Positions 59,019 to 64,000 of a stretch of 64,000 nt of DNA are shown in pieces (the first letter of the stretch is position 1; each line of letters opens with the position of its first letter). A program made the translations under genes and the position numbers. The DNA comes from Strigamia acuminata (taxonomy: Eukaryota). Location of the stretch: assembly GCA_949358305.1 (NCBI GenBank), contig OX442314.1, positions 25,668,001-25,732,000 of the forward strand, in the 5' to 3' direction. Under the pieces are notes generated by a model. It was given only the letters and a program-made list of their open reading frames with translations. It was not told the DNA's origin and searched no databases.

Positions 59019-59463
59019 TACTCTTTCCACACTCAAAATACCCCCCTGGAAGTTTGGCTCCCATTGGCCAAGCCATTTCACTTGTGTACTGATACAAAAA
59101 GAAGACCCAAAACACCAGAAATGCATTACACAGACATACAGATGTAAATACAAATACAGACATTGCAATCGATTTCCCATTGTTTGGAAATTGTTTGCTC
59201 TCCAGACATAGCAAGCAATAAAATTAAAATAAATGCATTTTATTTAAAAACAACATAAAATTTTATTTTCAAATTAGAAAATATATTTTATTACACAATA
59301 ACATTAAATGTAGATCATTTTTTCCATTATTATTCAGGAAAAGACTCAAAATCAAAGGGAACTACTTTTCCTCATAGCAGTAGTTCAACTGCAGTTCTGA
59401 GTGATCAGATTAGGCCAATGGGAGCCAAGCTTCCAGGGGGGTATTTCGAGTGTGGAAAGAGTA
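59019..59463. mobile_element. Duplicate of MITE 12421-12865
   Basis: Offset +46598. Confidence 0.85.
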
Positions 59464-59787
59464 TAGTCAACGTGGATTCTCATTATCATTAATAATCTTA
59501 GGCTTTGCACAGGATAATACAACTGCCTTGTCCCATTTGCTTCAAAAATATATTGTAATTATATAATCTTTTGCATTGAAATTAATAACCACGGATTTTA
59601 GACCTACAAAGACAATTGATCGTTGCACGCTGATCTAATATCTTTAGTTAATAATTGATAGGCATGAATACACAATAACCCTTTGTTTTATTTTTCTTTA
59701 AATTGAGAAAAGAAATTAATACGACCCATAATTTATCATCAAGCAAGACAAACATAACATGTCAACATCTATCAACTGACCATAATT

Positions 59788-61678
59788 ATGGACTTAACAA
59801 ATTTTACCAATATTCTGTTTGAACACTACCAGACCATTATTCTGATAGCAATTATGATGGAACAATGTTTTTACAAATTAACAATATATCTTTCTGTTGC
59901 TATGTAACTAAATGTTATCAATAAAAATGAAGATGAATGTGTGAATGTTCCCAAGTCTCCATTGCATGTTGGACTCTTCATAGGTTAAGAGCCCGAACAC
60001 AAATTTCTTATGTTGGATATGGACTGTTTTTTGGCTAAATAATTAACTTACAGTACATATTGTGAGCAAGGTTGGAAATCTAAAGTTTTCATACAGTTTT
60101 AAATGTTCCATAAGAGTTAGGCCCTGAATTGTTTGGGTAATAAGCCTCATCCTGAACTGATAAAGTGATAAACCTCATACTCATTGCAAACCCAGAACCA
60201 AGGTGTTTTGGCAGAGTTGAAAGTCCAATTAAAGACCGACTTGGCAAGAATCCAAATAAAATCTAGCAAGACAATTTTGGAATATATTGGGCGCACTACA
60301 GCAGTAGCTCAGGAGCTCCAACCAATGGTAGTAGTAACTGTTATACCAGAACTTTGCTCACACATCCTGAAAGGATTGACTGCGGATTATATTAATTTTG
60401 CACGCAGCTGTGATGTGCTGGGGGTAAAAAAAAATAACAATTCAAGTCTTGAAATGTGCCTTATTGGCTGAGGACACAAAAAAGCCACAACAGCCAACTT
60501 CAAATTTGGAGAACGCCAATTGGATACGAGGTGCAACCTCCTCTCAACGGGGCAAGGGTGACAGATCAGCCGGAGGTCAAACCCAACTCAAATGTTGAAA
60601 TTGTGGGATCCCAGGCCATAGACAAGCGAAGTGTTGCTGCCCCCCAGCAGAGCCAAGACATTCAACCACTAACATCCGCAAACGTTGGGTCCCCAGAGGA
60701 TGTGGATTATCTGGACCATCCACATCCAGGCAAGTAATAGATGTGGAGGATCAAATACCACAGTTCGCTCTTGTTGCAACGGACAGTAACCCTGCTCAAG
60801 TAGACAGGGAGAACAAACTTTTAATAGATCGAGAACAATTTGACCCTTGCATATGGTAAGACTTCACACAAGAGTGGAAACAGGAGTTTATTTACAACAT
60901 TGGATAACTCATTCCCCAAGGTGGTTTCATTGGCTGATGGCAAAGATTAAAGCATCAGGAACTTGTGTAATGATGCTGAATATTTAGTTTGGTGATCAAG
61001 CCAGAGTACTCAAGTTGGAAGATACCTATTATGTGCCTGATTTGAGTGGTAATCTGCTATCAATTACCAGAATGACTGATTTGGGATATAAAGTGGCATT
61101 TACCGCCAGTGGTTATACAGTTTCTACGATTGACAACGTGCAAGTGTTCCAAGCTTAATCCCATAGATGATTACAAACAAGAAACCTGAATGCACCTGCA
61201 ATGGAGAAAAAAGCAGTAGTGATGGCTATTCAATCACAACCTCCATTGGCACCGCAGGTTGGCACACATAAACAATCGTGTCTTAAAAGATTTAATAAAG
61301 AAAAAGATGGTGATAGAGATGACAATTGACAAAGTTCATAAATGGAAATTGTGTGAGGAATGTGTGACAGCAAAGCACACCAGAAGCCAGTTTTTGCCTG
61401 CACCCTCAATCGGAGCCATGGGCCGCTACAGATGCTTCACGTAGAGCTTTGTTGTCTGATGCCACACCCTTCAATTGGAAGATCAGATTATATCATATCT
61501 TCATGATCACAGATGACTACTCAAGGTGTTTATTCCCTCGTTTATTGTTGTCAAAGGTTGAGACTTCGCTAGTTTTTGAACAATTCATAGGTACACACCA
61601 AAATAAGTTTGAAGCTTAAGTCAAGATGGTCCACTCAGATAATGGGACTGAATTTTAGAATCAGCAGCTCGGGGCAAT
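59788..61678 (+). mobile_element. Duplicate of the CYP-D-like 5' fragment (59788-59854) and decayed Copia (59855-61678)
   Basis: Offset +46598. Confidence 0.85.
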
Positions 61679-61831
61679 TGTAGTTGGCACCAGTCGCCTC
61701 TATCCATTGCTGGTGCTGGTTTACATTCCCGCCAAAGTAGACTGTCCTCTTAAGACATAGTTCTAAGTAAAAAAAATAATTAAAAAGTGGGTAACCTTGG
61801 ATTTTAGACCTAAAAAACATTGTTACGTTGC

Positions 61832-61905
61832 CAGGGCCGTTTCGACCTATGAGGCAAAGAGGCGGCCGCCTCAGGCGGCACACTGACAGGGACGGCAATT
61901 TTGGC

Positions 61906-61948
<43 letters not shown>

Positions 61949-62066
61949 AAAAATATTTTCGAACGTATTCAGAAATAGGTTTTTTTGGGGGGGGGGGGGA
62001 GGGGGGGGGGGTGGGCGGCATTTTTAATGCTCGCCTCACCACAGATATTTACTAGGAACGGCCCTG
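61832..62066. mobile_element. Duplicate of the hAT MITE
   Basis: Same TIR and TSD TACGTTGC. Confidence 0.9.
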
Positions 62067-62256
62067 TACGTTGCATAATAAAAACAATATCCTGTTGCAC
62101 ACTAATCTAATATCTCCAGTTACTGTAATAATTGATAGCTATGAATACATGATAACTTAATTTTTTTTAAATTAAGAAAAATATTTAATATGACCAGGAA
62201 TTTATCATCAAGCAAGACAAACATAACAAGTCCACATCTATCAACTGACCATAATT

Positions 62257-63817
62257 ATGGACTTAACAATTTTCACCAATATTCTGTTTGAACACTACCA
62301 GACCATTATTCTGATTGCAATTATAACTACAATTCTATATTTTAAACCTCGAAAAAATTTACCATCAGGACCATGGGGATTGCCCATAGTAGGATATCTT
62401 CCTTTCTTGAAACAACCGGCTCATATAGGTCTCACAGAATTAGGAAAGAAATATGGTAATGTCATGAGGTAAACTTTAAATAAAATAAACCTTAACATTA
62501 AATAAACTTTTTAAAAAAAAATTTATTTGCAGTTATTACTCAGGGAGTGAGTTGGTGATAGTGTTGGGTGATTATAGCGCCATGAAAGAAGCATTTGTGA
62601 AGCAAGGAAATATATTTTCCGGAAAACCAAAAGCCAATGCTTTTCGATTCAATAAAACTGATAAAGGTGCAATTCTAGAATAAGCTTACTGAGTGATTAA
62701 CATGATTACGGTTTCAGGTATTATGATGGCAGAAGGCGAAATAGCAAGTCAACACCGTCGATTTATTGTATCAAGTCTAAGAGATTTTGGAATGGGGACA
62801 ACTAGTTTCGAGTCACGAATAATGGTATTGACCTGTTGCCTCTACTTTAAAGAAACTTTGAAGTTTCGTAGCAATTAATTCAAAAATTTGATCAAAAACA
62901 AACCTGGGTAATGCAAGATTCGAGGCACCTCTCAGTAAAAAAGAAAAAAGAAAAAGACGTGATAATTACCAAGTAAAGCCTCCTGATTCCGAAAATGACA
63001 TTTAAAAGTGTCGGAAATGGTGGCTGTGCTCCCGCCATTGCTCAGGTTTACATTATTTAAATTTTAACAGCGCTGCCGCTTTAAGTGAAAATGGCGGCCA
63101 CACTGCCACTTGGCTGATGCAGACCAGATGACCAGATAACTTAATTTACGACACTTTGGAGTGTCATTTTTGGAATCAGCATACTTTAATTGTTAAGTAA
63201 CCAAATTTTGGACCCATTCTGAAGCGGGCCTAATTCTAAAGTACTGTATATCTGTAATCGCTACTGCGCCAAAAGAAATTTCATTTCAGAGATAAAGTAA
63301 CTTTTGGGTACCTTGACATCTTTTACTAAGATTGAGTGGACCAGAATGAATAAAATTTAGCGCTTGATTATTTTGTCTCACATCTGAACATACAAATTGT
63401 TGTTACGCTTCTGAAACTTTTAGTTGGCATTTCTTTGGTGACAAAACAGCTTGCATTCAAGCTGGTGTTGAGTGATTTGATTGTTTCAACTGCAGTTTCA
63501 ATTCTCAATTTTCAAATATTTTGTTCTAATTTTTAAATTAACTTACAGAAAGAAATTAAGAAGTTCTTGGATGTACTCAGTAAAGAAAATGGAAAGGCTG
63601 TATACATTCAAACTGCACTACATTTAAGTGTATCAAATGTAATAGTACAGTTTGAATTCGGAAAGATATTTGGACACGATGACAAAGAATTTATGCAGCT
63701 GCAAGATATAATCAGAAATAACGCAAAATTCAATGGGGTTACTGCAATGCGCATTTTCTTTCCTTGGATCAAATATATCCCTTTTACTAATGAATATACA
63801 GGATTTCAGAAAACAAA
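62257..63817 (+). CDS. CYP-D copy 2, exons 1-4; probably continues beyond the window
   Basis: Exons 62257-62468, 62533-62666, 62718-62824, 63549-63817; lengths match the paralogs. Confidence 0.88.
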
Positions 63818-64000
63818 GTAAGCCAGAAAATACTCAATTGGGATTCCGATTAAGCCTAGGTTATTCCCAACCGTACGGTATGGTTCAAAAATATATTTTA
63901 CAATATCATTGCTTTTCACTTCATGCATTTTGGGAATTAAGTATTGTATTATTTGAACATTAAATAATGTATTTCATAATATAATTTAAAAAATGCATTT

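Larger units (their letters stand above)
33724..63042 (+). repeat. Segmental duplication, copy 2 (includes the 12.9-kb Gypsy insertion)
   Basis: Translated ORFs match copy 1. The offset change of 12875 equals the 12871-bp element plus a 4-bp TSD. The only other difference noticed is 1 nt in a homopolymer. Confidence 0.97.

Overview
AT-rich eukaryotic genomic DNA, probably from an invertebrate animal (short GT-AG introns; the organism cannot be identified from this window). It holds a tandem cluster of 8-exon CYP2-clan cytochrome P450 genes (labelled A, B, C, D here, all on the + strand). The cluster is present twice as a near-identical segmental duplication: 1-16443 matches 33724-42272 plus 55148-63042. 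The copies differ in two ways. (i) Copy 2 has a complete 12,871-bp Ty3/Gypsy retrotransposon (42273-55143) inserted in exon 1 of CYP-C. It has a CCAC target-site duplication, a tRNA-Pro PBS, gag and pol joined by a -1 frameshift, and a large third non-env gene that appears to need splicing. (ii) Copy 1 breaks off in intron 3 of CYP-D at a 15-kb LTR-internal-LTR-internal block (16443-31464). This block is a non-autonomous LTR element with no gag or pol. It has 1.9-kb LTRs with a CTCF-type motif, a copy-number-variable 235-bp array in which each unit carries a tRNA-Gln primer-binding site, several PPT-like tracts, and one 493-aa orphan gene with its own promoter, an internal repeat and an eIF4E-binding-like motif. 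That element is the best candidate for an undescribed system. Also present are CYP-A with an atypical I-helix (AGIGPT), decayed Copia and mdg3-like Gypsy remnants, and several MITEs. All comparisons were made by eye; no searches were run.
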